Source of the DNA: an uncultured delta proteobacterium
GTDB lineage: Bacteria > Desulfobacterota > Binatia > Binatales > Binataceae
Reading direction: 5' to 3'
DNA length: 64,000 nt
Assembly (NCBI GenBank): GCA_963794325.1
Contig: CAWCDG010000004.1
Span: 1,024,001 to 1,088,000 of the forward strand
Shown: positions 48,243-57,819 of the stretch, in pieces
Layout: every line of letters starts with the position of its first letter
How positions within the stretch are numbered: position 1 is the stretch's first letter
Program-made: the position numbers and the translations under genes
The notes under the pieces: model-generated
What the model saw: only the letters and a program-made list of their open reading frames with translations
Told to the model about the DNA's origin: nothing
Database searches by the model: none

Positions 48243-50801
48243 TCAGAACAGTTTCTTCAGCTGATCGAGCGGGTTTGGCGGCGGATTGGAGTTGCTTCCG
48301 CCGTTGTTGCTACCCGAGCCGCTGTTGTTGCTGCCCGAACCGCTGCCGTCGCCCGAACTGTCACCGCCGCCGAGGAATTTTCCCAATCCTCCGGGGAGGC
48401 CTTTTTTGCCGAAGACCTTGCCTAGATACTTTTGTCCCTGCGCCTGGACCGCGTGATTCGCGGCGCGCTGCGCCAGTTCGGTCACATTGGGCAGAACTTG
48501 CGGCTTGGGCAATTGGCCGACGACTTGCAACGGGATGTCGATTTGTCCGTCCTTGTTCGCGACGAACGCGACTTCCTTCTTCTGTTCAATCAATTCCTTA
48601 CTGAATTGCGGCGAGAGCACGATTCGCGCCGCCAGGTCGATATTTTTGTCCATATCGAACCATCCGTCGCCGAGCAGATTGTAGTCGACCGTCTGCATCT
48701 TGATGTCGTGCGACGTGATTCGCGGACCTTCGAGCACGAAGGTAAGACTCGCCTGCTGGATGTCGGTATCGGGATTGCTGAAAAGCTCCGGATGGTTCTT
48801 GATAACCGAGTCGGGCACCAGGTTGCCGATTGCGGGAAGGTTCTGCACCTTGCTGAGCGCCTGTCCGCCGACGTTGACGCCGACCAGCTTGCCGTTGGTC
48901 AGAGTGAGACTGCCGTTGCCGCGGAACGTCGGCTTCATCTCGTCGAAGGTGCCGGTCTTCGCGCTGACCTTGATATTTCCACCGAGCGCGCCGCGAACCG
49001 TTCCGGCAGCTTTGGATTTCTGCGAGTCGAGCGCCTGCTGCACATCGATATTGGTGAAACTGATCGACGCTTCCATCGGCGCCGACGCTTCGAGCCACGT
49101 GTTCCCAGTCGCCACGATGTCGCCGGAGAACGCTTTCAGTCTGAGCGTCGTCACCCGGACTTGTTTCTCTTTGAGCGACACGGACAGGTTGAGATTCTGA
49201 TACGGGACATTCGCGAGGTTGCCCGACGGCGACGTGATATCAGAATCGACGGTCGGACCGGTCACGGAGCCAATCGAGACTGCGCCTTTGGCAAAGAGCT
49301 GGTTGATCACTTCGTCGGGCGGACGCGATGGCGCGAGGTCCGCGAGGCGAACCGCATTGGCATTCAGTTCGTAGCTCATCACCAGGGGCTGGAACTGATC
49401 GATATGCGACTTCACGGTCGCATTCTGCGCGCCGAGGTTGAAAGTCAGCGGCCCGACGTCGGCGCCGGTTCCCTCGAGCTTGATGTTACCGCTCAGGTTG
49501 GTCAGCGGTGGCGCTTTCTGATCGGGCATCGATATTCCGACGCCGGCCAGCGCGACAGTGCCGTCGGCCGACACCTTGCCGTTGGCGAGCGTCGCGGCGG
49601 AATGAATCTCGGTCTTGCCCGAGAGGTTGTACTTGCCCAGCGCCGGGACCATTTTCGCCAGCGAACCGATATCGAAATTGTTGGTATCGACGTGCGCCGC
49701 GGTCGTGCCATGACCGATTTTGATATCGGTCGCCTTCGCCTCGAGGTCGCCGGCCGTGATGTTGGCGAGAGTCACCGTGACGGCGGCGTCGGTGCGCGAG
49801 CCCTCCGCCGAAATCTTCAGCGGGGTGTCGGCGGGCTTGGCGAACGAATCGCCGAACGCAATTGCGGGCGCGCTCAAGTCGCTCGAGACGTTGAACTTGA
49901 TCGATTGAACGGTGCCATCAGCGGTGGCGTCGAAGCTGACCGGGCCGGAAATCGAGAGCGGCGGCGGTATCGATTTGGCGAGCATCGGGATCGTCTTGAG
50001 TTGCGTCAGCAGAATCGGACCGACCTTGGCGGTGGCGGAGATGGGAATCGCGTCAACGTCGATAACGCCATTGTTGATCAGCGGGCCAATCGTCGCGGAA
50101 AGATCGAAGTTCTGCTGATCGCTGAGAGCCGCGAAGGTGACCGCGACGGTGAACTGCGCGTTGAAGACGAAATCGCGCAGCTTGAGATTAATCGCGTTGA
50201 TGGTTGCCGCTTCCGGCGCGCCCTGCGTCTCATAAGTCAAAGTGCCGTCGTTGATCGAGAAATTCTGCACCTGCAGCGAGCCCAACGTCGCGGGCGCCTT
50301 GCCCGCTTCCGCCATCGGCGATTCCTGGTTGGCGCCGCCGCCCTCGCCTTCACCCTTCCCGCCTGGCTGCGATTCCTGTTCGGTATGGACTTTGTTTCGG
50401 CCGAGCGTCGAGACGTTGAACTCACCGTCGCGAGTCTGAACGATTCGGATCACCGGCTTATCGAGCACGACTTCGGTGACTTCGATCCGGCGCGCCAACA
50501 GCGGCAACAGTTGCAAGCGGGTGTAGACGTTGCTCGCCTCGATAAACGGTTTTTTCGAAATCTCGGGATCGTCGGCCACCTGCACACCCGTGACGTCGGC
50601 GAGGATTCCCCATCCCAGACTCACCTTGATGTCGTCGGCGTGCACCTTCCGGCCAAGCGCGGTGCTGACCTTGTCGAGAATATTCTGGCGGCGCTCGGCG
50701 ATGATCGAGTTGAGGTTAGTCGCGGCGTAGAAGAGGATCGCGCCGGCGAAAATCACGACGGCGCCGACAATTGCGGCGGCAATTACGATGACACGACGCA
50801 T
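48243..50801 (-). CDS. AsmA family protein
   Basis: N-terminal TM anchor, ALGRKV, V.L.PLL, beta-rich body, IPLQVVGQLPKPQV C-terminus. Confidence 0.85.
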   Translation of the reverse strand: MRRVIVIAAAIVGAVVIFAGAILFYAATNLNSIIAERRQNILDKVSTALGRKVHADDIKVSLGWGILADVTGVQVADDPEISKKPFIEASNVYTRLQLLPLLARRIEVTEVVLDKPVIRIVQTRDGEFNVSTLGRNKVHTEQESQPGGKGEGEGGGANQESPMAEAGKAPATLGSLQVQNFSINDGTLTYETQGAPEAATINAINLKLRDFVFNAQFTVAVTFAALSDQQNFDLSATIGPLINNGVIDVDAIPISATAKVGPILLTQLKTIPMLAKSIPPPLSISGPVSFDATADGTVQSIKFNVSSDLSAPAIAFGDSFAKPADTPLKISAEGSRTDAAVTVTLANITAGDLEAKATDIKIGHGTTAAHVDTNNFDIGSLAKMVPALGKYNLSGKTEIHSAATLANGKVSADGTVALAGVGISMPDQKAPPLTNLSGNIKLEGTGADVGPLTFNLGAQNATVKSHIDQFQPLVMSYELNANAVRLADLAPSRPPDEVINQLFAKGAVSIGSVTGPTVDSDITSPSGNLANVPYQNLNLSVSLKEKQVRVTTLRLKAFSGDIVATGNTWLEASAPMEASISFTNIDVQQALDSQKSKAAGTVRGALGGNIKVSAKTGTFDEMKPTFRGNGSLTLTNGKLVGVNVGGQALSKVQNLPAIGNLVPDSVIKNHPELFSNPDTDIQQASLTFVLEGPRITSHDIKMQTVDYNLLGDGWFDMDKNIDLAARIVLSPQFSKELIEQKKEVAFVANKDGQIDIPLQVVGQLPKPQVLPNVTELAQRAANHAVQAQGQKYLGKVFGKKGLPGGLGKFLGGGDSSGDGSGSGSNNSGSGSNNGGSNSNPPPNPLDQLKKLF

Positions 50802-50885
50802 ATGAAGGTCCTCACGCCGGCCAGTCTAGTCGATGCGCGCCGGATGCGCATCATTTCAGCGTTCGATTTTATCTGTGTGCGGTTG

Positions 50886-50961
50886 GTGGCACAGGCTTTA
50901 GCCTGTGATTTTCTGCTCCATGCAAATCGAGGAAAGAATCACAGGCTGAAGCCTGTGCCAC
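50886..50961. repeat. Family D REPIN
   Basis: Inverted doublet with a spacer similar to 22997-23071. Confidence 0.9.
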
Positions 50962-51039
50962 CAGGATCGCGCGTCGGTTTGAACCGCGTTGCGTCCTCGG
51001 CGTAGTCTGTCATCCATCCCGATCCTGCGCACCATCCTG

Positions 51040-51852
51040 ATGGCGAAAAAGCGAAAGCATGGCCGCACCGAGAACGAGCCGGAAGGCGAACGAAAGGCGA
51101 CGCCGGCGCCTGCAAAAGTCTTTTCGTCACCATTTAAGGATCTGAAAAAGATGCTCGCCGAGCGCGAGCGGACTGTGCCGAAGGCGCCACCAGTAATCAA
51201 GCCCAAGGTCGCGGCTCCTGTCGCCGCGCCGGCCGTTGAAAAATCTGCGGCGCCTGCGGAAGAACTACTCGATGACGAATCGTTTCTGCGGCAAGCGCTT
51301 CAAGGAGTGCGGCCGCTGCATCGCAACGGTATCGCGCGATCACGAATACCGCTCGACCCGCCGACCACGCACACGATCGTCGACGAGGACGCCGAGGTGA
51401 TCGCTCTGCTGTCTGACCTCGTGTCGGGACTGGCGCCGTTCGATATCACCGAGTCCGACGAATACGTCGAGGGCTACCGCAAGGGCATCGACCCGCGGCT
51501 TGTGTCGCAACTCCGACGCGGCGAGTTCGCCGTGCAGGCGCATTTCGACATGCACGGGATGATCCAGGGTGCGGCGAAGGAAGCGCTGAAAGAGTTCATC
51601 ATCGCGTCGGTGCGCAAGGGACTGCGTGCCGTGCTGGTCGTTCATGGACGCGGACTGCGCTCGCCCGGTGGGCATTCGGTGCTCAAGCATGCGAGCGCAG
51701 GATGGCTCTCGCATGGCGCGATTGGCGGTCACGTACTGGCGTTCACAACCGCGCGCCCGGCGGACGGCGGCGCGGGAGCGACGTACGTATTGCTGAAGCG
51801 CGAGAAGAGTCGAGCACCGTTCGATATTCTGCAAGGGGCGAAGCGGCGGTAG
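51040..51852 (+). CDS. Smr/MutS2 domain protein
   Basis: LRRGEF....DMHG, VVHGRG.RS, GGAGATYVLL. Confidence 0.92.
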   Translation: MAKKRKHGRTENEPEGERKATPAPAKVFSSPFKDLKKMLAERERTVPKAPPVIKPKVAAPVAAPAVEKSAAPAEELLDDESFLRQALQGVRPLHRNGIARSRIPLDPPTTHTIVDEDAEVIALLSDLVSGLAPFDITESDEYVEGYRKGIDPRLVSQLRRGEFAVQAHFDMHGMIQGAAKEALKEFIIASVRKGLRAVLVVHGRGLRSPGGHSVLKHASAGWLSHGAIGGHVLAFTTARPADGGAGATYVLLKREKSRAPFDILQGAKRR

Positions 51853-51869
51853 CGGGGGGAAGGGGAAAG

Positions 51870-51976
51870 AACTTGATTGTAGTGAAACCCCTCCTGGGTT
51901 TCACGCTTCCCTGGGCAGGGTTAAACCCTGCACCTTAGAATTAAGAAAGATGCGGGACTTCGTCCCTGTTAGAAGT
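51870..51976 (-). repeat. Repeat family A copy 14 (variant core GCAGGGTTAAACCCTGC)
   Basis: Core at 51915-51931 has a compensatory G-C to T-A change. Confidence 0.9.
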
Positions 51977-51991
51977 TTTTAGGGTCGGAGG

Positions 51992-52227
51992 ATCTTAACC
52001 TCTCCTTGTCCGAGGAGAGGTCGGCGCGAGCCGAAGGCGAGCGACGGGAGTGGTGCAGCGCTGGCCGTCGCAACAACGCCCGTTGTGCTGCTGTCGAACG
52101 GCGGACTGGTGTCTCTACATTGAGATTAAACGAGTCGAAGTTGGTGGGCTGTCGCAGGTTGCACCACTCCCGGCGACACCGCTTCGCGGCTTTCGCCGAC
52201 CTCTCCTCGGACAAGGAGAGGTAGGAT
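51992..52227 (-). mobile_element. Family C MITE/REPIN-like element, copy 3
   Basis: Reverse-oriented homolog; TIR hairpins read CCTCTCC..GGAGAGG instead of CCTCCCC..GGGGAGG. Confidence 0.85.
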
Positions 52228-52272
52228 CGCTTCCACGCCTCCTTGGTAGGGGTGGGCCCCGGCACCAGTGAT

Positions 52273-52304
52273 AAGAAAAGAAACGGGGCCCGCGATGGGC
52301 CCCG
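52273..52304 (-). terminator. Intrinsic terminator of the atp F0 cluster
   Basis: CGGGGCCC-N5-GGGCCCCG followed on the minus strand by TTTCTTTTCTT. Confidence 0.75.
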
Positions 52305-52328
52305 CTGTACCGAACATGCGACGAATCT

Positions 52329-52673
52329 TCAGATCTTGAGCTGGAGCAGGAATCCGATAACCAGCGCGTACAGGGTCAGCGCTTCGATGAATGCCAGGCC
52401 GAGCAGCATCGGGGTGAAAATCTGGCCGGCTGCGTTTGGATTGCGGCCGATCGATTCCATTGCCGATGCGGCCATGCGGCCTTGACCGAGCGCGCTGCCG
52501 AACGCTGCGATGCCGACGCCCAGGTTGGCGGCGAGTGCGATCAGTCCGACGCTCAGCGGCGACTGCGTCATGCGAACGACGGGGACCGCGGCCTCTTGTG
52601 CCATCGCGAGCAGCGGTGACGCCACGATTGCGAGCGCGACGATTCCCAGGACGTTGCCAATCTTTCGAACCAT
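52329..52673 (-). CDS. atpE: ATP synthase F0 subunit c, with an N-terminal extension
   Basis: GIAAFGSALGQG, IGRNP, LAFIEALTLY. Confidence 0.95.
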   Translation of the reverse strand: MVRKIGNVLGIVALAIVASPLLAMAQEAAVPVVRMTQSPLSVGLIALAANLGVGIAAFGSALGQGRMAASAMESIGRNPNAAGQIFTPMLLGLAFIEALTLYALVIGFLLQLKI

Positions 52674-52793
52674 TCTCGTTCCTCCTTGTTTCGCGCGCCT
52701 CTAAGTTCCGGAACCGGCCGCCTCTCTTTCCTCTACCACCACAATTTCCGGGCGGAATCCCGGGCGCATGAAATCTCTATTAATTCTTTTCGG

Positions 52794-53489
52794 TTAATGT
52801 TCGTGCTCGACCGCGAGCCGCACGTAAGCCATCGACAGGATCATGAAGACCATCGCCTGGATGATGCATACGATCGAGCCGAGCGTCAGGAATGCCAGCG
52901 GGACAAACAACTTGGTCAAGCCGGTGAAGATGCCGAGCACCATGTGATCGGCAAACATATTCGCGTAAAGACGTACGCCGAGCGAAAACGGGCGGAACAG
53001 GTTGTCGGCGATCTCGATCATGAGCATGAGCGGCGCGATCGCGAGCATCGGGCCAAGGTAGGTGCCCAGGTAGCCGAGCACTCCGTTCGCCTTCATGCCC
53101 TGGTAAATGTAGTAGACGAAACAAATCGTGCCGAGCGCGAAAGTGAGGTCCGAGTCGGCGGTCGGAGGTTCCATCCCGGGAACGAGACCGAGAAAATTCG
53201 CCAGCAGAATGAACAGGAACAGCGTGCCGAAGAACGGAACGAATTGGCGATAGTGATGAAGCTGGGTGACTTCGGAAACGAAACCGTCGGCCCATTCGAC
53301 GATGGTCTCGGCGACCGAGCGCAATGTGATCCGGTCGTCGGGGACGACCGGGTCGTTGGCCGCTGCCAGGGAACGTCGCGCAAGGAGGCCGAAAATCAGC
53401 AGGATACCCATCACCAGCCAGGTGCCGATCAGCACCTCGGGGATTTTTCCGCCGCCGATCATTTCGAGAAAATTTATTGAGGTCTGCAA
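52794..53489 (-). CDS. atpB: ATP synthase F0 subunit a
   Basis: NFLGLVP, RPFSLGVRLYANMFADH, IQAMVF. Confidence 0.96.
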   Translation of the reverse strand: MQTSINFLEMIGGGKIPEVLIGTWLVMGILLIFGLLARRSLAAANDPVVPDDRITLRSVAETIVEWADGFVSEVTQLHHYRQFVPFFGTLFLFILLANFLGLVPGMEPPTADSDLTFALGTICFVYYIYQGMKANGVLGYLGTYLGPMLAIAPLMLMIEIADNLFRPFSLGVRLYANMFADHMVLGIFTGLTKLFVPLAFLTLGSIVCIIQAMVFMILSMAYVRLAVEHEH

Positions 53490-53513
53490 AAGATTATCTC
53501 CGACGCGGCAATC

Positions 53514-53903
53514 TTAGCTGGGGCCGCGGAGCGAAGCACGCCCGGTTTCAATAATTGCAGCGGTCATCTGAGTCAAGACTCCGAGCGCAAATCCTACCCC
53601 GTCAATGTTCGTGCGCCTGAAGATAAGAAAGACCAGGCCCACGACGATCAGCATCTTGAGCGGTATCGCCATCACGCCAAACCTGGCGGCGGCTCCTGAG
53701 ACACCGGCGCCGGCGGCCGCGAGGATCGCCGCTCCAAGAAGGCTGAGCACCCACAGATTCACGATCACGATCGCGCCACCGAGCAGGCATCCCACGGCGG
53801 CTGCGGTCGAGTCGAAATAAAAGAGAACGATCGCGGTGACGGCGACCAGAATTGCGTTCATCCGCTGAATCGCCGGGATGGTCGGGATCTGATCGTTGCG
53901 CAC
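53514..53903 (-). CDS. atpI: ATP synthase protein I
   Basis: Four-TM protein with GG..V.VN and K motifs, directly upstream of atpB. Confidence 0.8.
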   Translation of the reverse strand: MRNDQIPTIPAIQRMNAILVAVTAIVLFYFDSTAAAVGCLLGGAIVIVNLWVLSLLGAAILAAAGAGVSGAAARFGVMAIPLKMLIVVGLVFLIFRRTNIDGVGFALGVLTQMTAAIIETGRASLRGPS

Positions 53904-53912
53904 GCGGGGTCG

Positions 53913-54128
53913 TTAACCTTGCGAAGTCGGGGGGATTTCCCGGGCGATCCTGATGACGGTCACGATTGAATGAATGAATCCCGCGAATGCGAGGATTCCG
54001 GTAAACCATGGCTCGGTGTTGAAATACATGTCGATGTAATGGCCCATGATGCCGCCGGCGATCGGCGACATCGGAATCTCGAGCGCCATCGCGAGCGGGC
54101 GCGCGTACTTTCCCTGGATCAGCGGCAA
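53913..54128 (-). CDS. AtpZ/AtpI family small membrane protein
   Basis: G..G.YID.YFNTEPW motif. Confidence 0.8.
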   Translation of the reverse strand: MPLIQGKYARPLAMALEIPMSPIAGGIMGHYIDMYFNTEPWFTGILAFAGFIHSIVTVIRIAREIPPTSQG

Positions 54129-54148
54129 CGATGATTCCTCGTGGGCGA

Positions 54149-54418
54149 TCAGGTACCGAATCTTTCCGCAGCGCGAGCCTTCGCCTTCGCGGCTTCTTCG
54201 TCGCGATTTCTCGATGGCGCATTCGTCTCAAGCGAACGAAGAAGCGCGGCCGCAGTGCCCGCTATCTCGTCGATGGCGGCCATGAACGCTGTTTCGTTCG
54301 CCTTCGACGGTTTGTTGAAGCCGCTGATCTTCCGCACGAATTGAAGCGACGCGGCACGAACCTCTTCGTCGGTTACCGGCGGCTCGAAATTGAAAAGCGT
54401 TTTGATATTGCGGCACAT
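54149..54418 (-). CDS. DUF2277 family protein
   Basis: MCRNIKTLFNFEPP...AASLQFVRKISG. Confidence 0.88.
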   Translation of the reverse strand: MCRNIKTLFNFEPPVTDEEVRAASLQFVRKISGFNKPSKANETAFMAAIDEIAGTAAALLRSLETNAPSRNRDEEAAKAKARAAERFGT

Positions 54419-54477
54419 TGCTCTGACCTCGAGATCTTCAGAACTCTCAAACAGTGCAGAAAAACATTAGTCGGGTT

Positions 54478-55776
54478 TCATTTGGCTCGCGAGAGATCGC
54501 GGAGAGATTCCTCAGCGGCGGTGATCGTGCGGTCGATGTCGGCGTTGGTGTGTGCGGTGGAAAGAAACATAGCTTCGAACTGCGACGGTGGGATGTTGAT
54601 GCCGCGGGCAATCATGCCATGAAAAAATTTAGCGAACTTCGCCGAGTCGGACGTCCGAGCCTCGTCGGCATCGCGGACCCGTTCAGGGCCAAGGAACATC
54701 GTGAGCAAGCAGCCAGCTCGATTGATACATCCAGGCTGGCCGGTTTTTTTCAGAGCGGCGCGAAGTCCAGCTTCGAGTCGCGCACCGGCGTCGTCGAGCG
54801 CGGCATACGGATTGCTCTCCCTCAGAATGCGAAGTGTCTCGAGACCGGCGCGAACAGAAAGCGGATTTCCGGATAACGTTCCCGCCTGGTACACCGGACC
54901 AACCGGAGCGAGCAAGTCCATTATTTTTGCGGGCCCGGCAACTGCGCCGACCGGCATCCCGCCGCCGATTATTTTTCCGAGCATGATCAGGTCAGGCGCA
55001 ACGCCCATGTTTTCGGCAATCGAGCCGAAGCGGAGACGGAACCCGGATATAACTTCGTCACAGATTAGAAGCGCGCCATTGTTGTGCGCGATTTCGGCGA
55101 GCGCTTTCATCGAGCCTGCATCAGGATTGACGACGCCCATGTTGGCGGCGACCGGCTCGATGATCACGGCGGCGATTTTCTCGGGCGCGGCGCGGAATAG
55201 GCCTTCGACTGTCTCAATCGCGTTATATCGTGCAACCATCGTCATCGCGGCGATCGCCGGCGGAACTCCGCCGCTGTCGGGTTGACCAAGAGTCATCCCG
55301 CCGGAACCCGCGCGCACCAGCATCGAGTCGCTATGACCGTGATAGCATCCGTCAAACTTGATTATGTTCGGGCGTCCGGTCGCCGCGCGTGCGAGCCTGA
55401 TCGCGGTGAGGCCGGCCTCAGTTCCCGACGTCACCAATCTGACCTTTTGTGCACATTCGATCGCCGACGAGATCAATTCAGCGAGCTCGACCTCGAGCCG
55501 GGTTGGAGCGCCGAAACCCAAGCCCAGCCGCGCCTGTTCTGCGATCGCGTGGATGACGCGCGGATCAGCATGTCCGAGAATTGCAGGACCGTAAGAGCAG
55601 ACGTAGTCGAGAAAAGTGTTGCCGTCGGCGTCAGTTATTGTTGCACCGCTGCTACTCTCGATGAAAATTGGAGCAGCGCCGACGGCCTTCCACGCGCGCA
55701 CGGGAGAATTCACCGCACCAGGAATCTTAACACTGGCGCGGTGGAAGAGTTCATCTGATTTTTTGCGTGAGGTCAC
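54478..55776 (-). CDS. hemL: Glutamate-1-semialdehyde 2,1-aminomutase
   Basis: PGAVNSPVRA, GCYHGH.D, GKIIGGGMPVGA, YQAGTLSGNP; GTG start at 55776. Confidence 0.96.
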   Translation of the reverse strand: MTSRKKSDELFHRASVKIPGAVNSPVRAWKAVGAAPIFIESSSGATITDADGNTFLDYVCSYGPAILGHADPRVIHAIAEQARLGLGFGAPTRLEVELAELISSAIECAQKVRLVTSGTEAGLTAIRLARAATGRPNIIKFDGCYHGHSDSMLVRAGSGGMTLGQPDSGGVPPAIAAMTMVARYNAIETVEGLFRAAPEKIAAVIIEPVAANMGVVNPDAGSMKALAEIAHNNGALLICDEVISGFRLRFGSIAENMGVAPDLIMLGKIIGGGMPVGAVAGPAKIMDLLAPVGPVYQAGTLSGNPLSVRAGLETLRILRESNPYAALDDAGARLEAGLRAALKKTGQPGCINRAGCLLTMFLGPERVRDADEARTSDSAKFAKFFHGMIARGINIPPSQFEAMFLSTAHTNADIDRTITAAEESLRDLSRAK

Positions 55777-56268
55777 GGCGATTCCTTGAAAATTTCGTGT
55801 GCTGAAAAATTTTTTTTCAATCGCGAAGAAAAATTTGATCGCGCGGAGCGATCGCTGGACAAATGTGCTGCGAAGCGCAAAAAAGTGCGATCGCGCATGA
55901 TGGCTCCTAGAGCGGATTTGCGCGAACGCGCGATCGGCGTGAAATTTCGTGCGCATCGCGCGCGATCACTCGCGCGGGAAATTTCCTTTTCGATCCGCGC
56001 GCATAGCGACGAAAATTTTTCCGCGCTTGTCCTCTTCACGAAATAAGTTTATCACGTTCACTTGGCCGCACACTTCGTACTTGTAAGAACCAATTTCCAC
56101 TGAGCAGGTTCATCTCGCGGCGCGAGAGCTATGGCTTTGAAGCGCGTGTACATCGTTCGTATTTTCGATCAGATTTTTACACCTAACAGAACCGATCGTA
56201 GCCCGGATGAGTTGATAGCTCGGCGTGTTGTGCCGTCAAATTGTTGGTTGTAACGAAGGAAATTCCGC

Positions 56269-56300
56269 TTATCCACAGGTGTGGATAAGACTGTGCGTAA
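56269..56300. promoter_or_regulatory. DnaA boxes upstream of dnaA
   Basis: Perfect TTATCCACA (56269-56277) and inverted TGTGGATAA (56280-56288), plus degenerate TGTGCGTAA. Confidence 0.9.
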
Positions 56301-56375
56301 TTCGCGCGGCTTTCGACGCCGCGCACTAGTTCGGGGGCGTCGCTTGGCTTCCGGTTTTGGTCAGGGGGAGACGAT

Positions 56376-57815
56376 ATGAATGGATTGTGGCAGCGGGCTG
56401 CTGACCGTATGCGTGATGAACTCGGTCAGGTCGGGTACGAGACGTGGATTGGACCTCTCAATTTTGTCGCGCATCAAGGATCGACCGTGACAGTTGAAGC
56501 GCCCAATCGATTTTTTCGCGATTGGATTAACGATCGTTATATGAGCCTGATGCGGTCGGCGCTGTCGGCGGAGGCCGGCGGCGAGATCGAAGTGCGGCTG
56601 ACGCTGGGCGAGAATGCGGCCGTCGTCGGTCCGCAGCAACGCCCAGCCAATGGTCATGCCAACGGCAACGGCCACGCGAATGGCAACGGCCACGCAAACG
56701 GCAATGGTCATGCAAACGGGAACGGCAAGGCGGTCGCGACAAGTCGTGCGACGGCAGCCGCTCCGCGTGGAGATCGGCATCCGACCCTGAACGCCCGCTA
56801 CAGTTTCGCGGAGTTCGTGGTGGGATCGGCCAATCAGTTCGCGCATGCGGCGGCGCAGGCGGTCGCCAACCAGCCGGGCGAAAAATACAACCCGCTCTTC
56901 ATCTATGGCGGGGTCGGCTTGGGCAAAACGCACCTGGTGACCGCGATCGGGCATCATATTTACGCCAGCGGCGAGCGGCCCAGGAAAGTGCTGTTCATGC
57001 CGGCCGAGATTTTCATGAATGAGCTGATCGGTTCGCTGCGCCGCGACAAGATGAACGAGTTCCGCGAGAAGTTCCGGCGGGTCGATACGTTGATCCTCGA
57101 CGACGTCCAGTTCCTGGCCGGACGCGAGCGCACTCAGGAAGAATTCTTCCATACCTTCAACGCGCTCCATGCCGAGCGCCATCAGATCATTCTGACGTCC
57201 GACAAGGTGCCGCGCGAAATCCCGGGACTCGAGGAGCGGCTGCGCAATCGCTTCGAGATGGGATTGATCGCGGATATCGCGCCGCCCGACCTCGAGACCC
57301 GCGTGGCGATCGTCCAGAAGAAGGCGGTGCTCGAAAATCTGCGGCTGACGCCGGAAGTCGCGATGTATATCGCGCAGAGTATTTCGTCGAACGTTCGCGA
57401 GCTCGAGGGATCCCTCACGCGGCTGGCGGCGCTGGCGTCGCTCAATCAATCGGCGATCACCGTGGACTTCGCGCGGCAGGCGCTGCAGGATTTGATTCGC
57501 CATCACGACGCAAAGCCCGACGTCGAATCGATTCAGAAGACGGTCGCGGATTTTTTCCATATCCGGCTGACGGATTTGAAGTCGAAGAAGCGCACCCAGC
57601 ACATCGCATTCTGCCGCCAGGTTGCGATGTATCTGTGCCGCAAGCTGACCGACAGCTCGTTTCCGACGATCGGCGAACATTTCGGGCGCGACCATTCGAC
57701 GGTGATTCACGCGTACAACCTGATCATGCGACGAGTCACCAGTGATTCGGCTTTTCGGCTCTCGATCGAGAAAATCGAGCGCGAGCTTAAATCGATCCGC
57801 GCAAATGCGGCGTGA
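56376..57815 (+). CDS. dnaA: Chromosomal replication initiator DnaA
   Basis: [43 protein letters not shown]. Confidence 0.99.
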   Translation: MNGLWQRAADRMRDELGQVGYETWIGPLNFVAHQGSTVTVEAPNRFFRDWINDRYMSLMRSALSAEAGGEIEVRLTLGENAAVVGPQQRPANGHANGNGHANGNGHANGNGHANGNGKAVATSRATAAAPRGDRHPTLNARYSFAEFVVGSANQFAHAAAQAVANQPGEKYNPLFIYGGVGLGKTHLVTAIGHHIYASGERPRKVLFMPAEIFMNELIGSLRRDKMNEFREKFRRVDTLILDDVQFLAGRERTQEEFFHTFNALHAERHQIILTSDKVPREIPGLEERLRNRFEMGLIADIAPPDLETRVAIVQKKAVLENLRLTPEVAMYIAQSISSNVRELEGSLTRLAALASLNQSAITVDFARQALQDLIRHHDAKPDVESIQKTVADFFHIRLTDLKSKKRTQHIAFCRQVAMYLCRKLTDSSFPTIGEHFGRDHSTVIHAYNLIMRRVTSDSAFRLSIEKIERELKSIRANAA

Positions 57816-57819
57816 ATCG

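Noticed and set aside
48432-51005. Long antisense ORFs (857 aa here; also 437-2074, 25063-26622, 56361-57965)
   Set aside because: Shadow ORFs opposite well-supported genes, expected from high-GC codon bias
52329-54128. Missing atpF/H/A/G/D/C as an incomplete ATP synthase
   Set aside because: A split operon with hemL-atpZ-atpI-atpB-atpE separate from the F1 genes is known in delta-proteobacteria-like lineages
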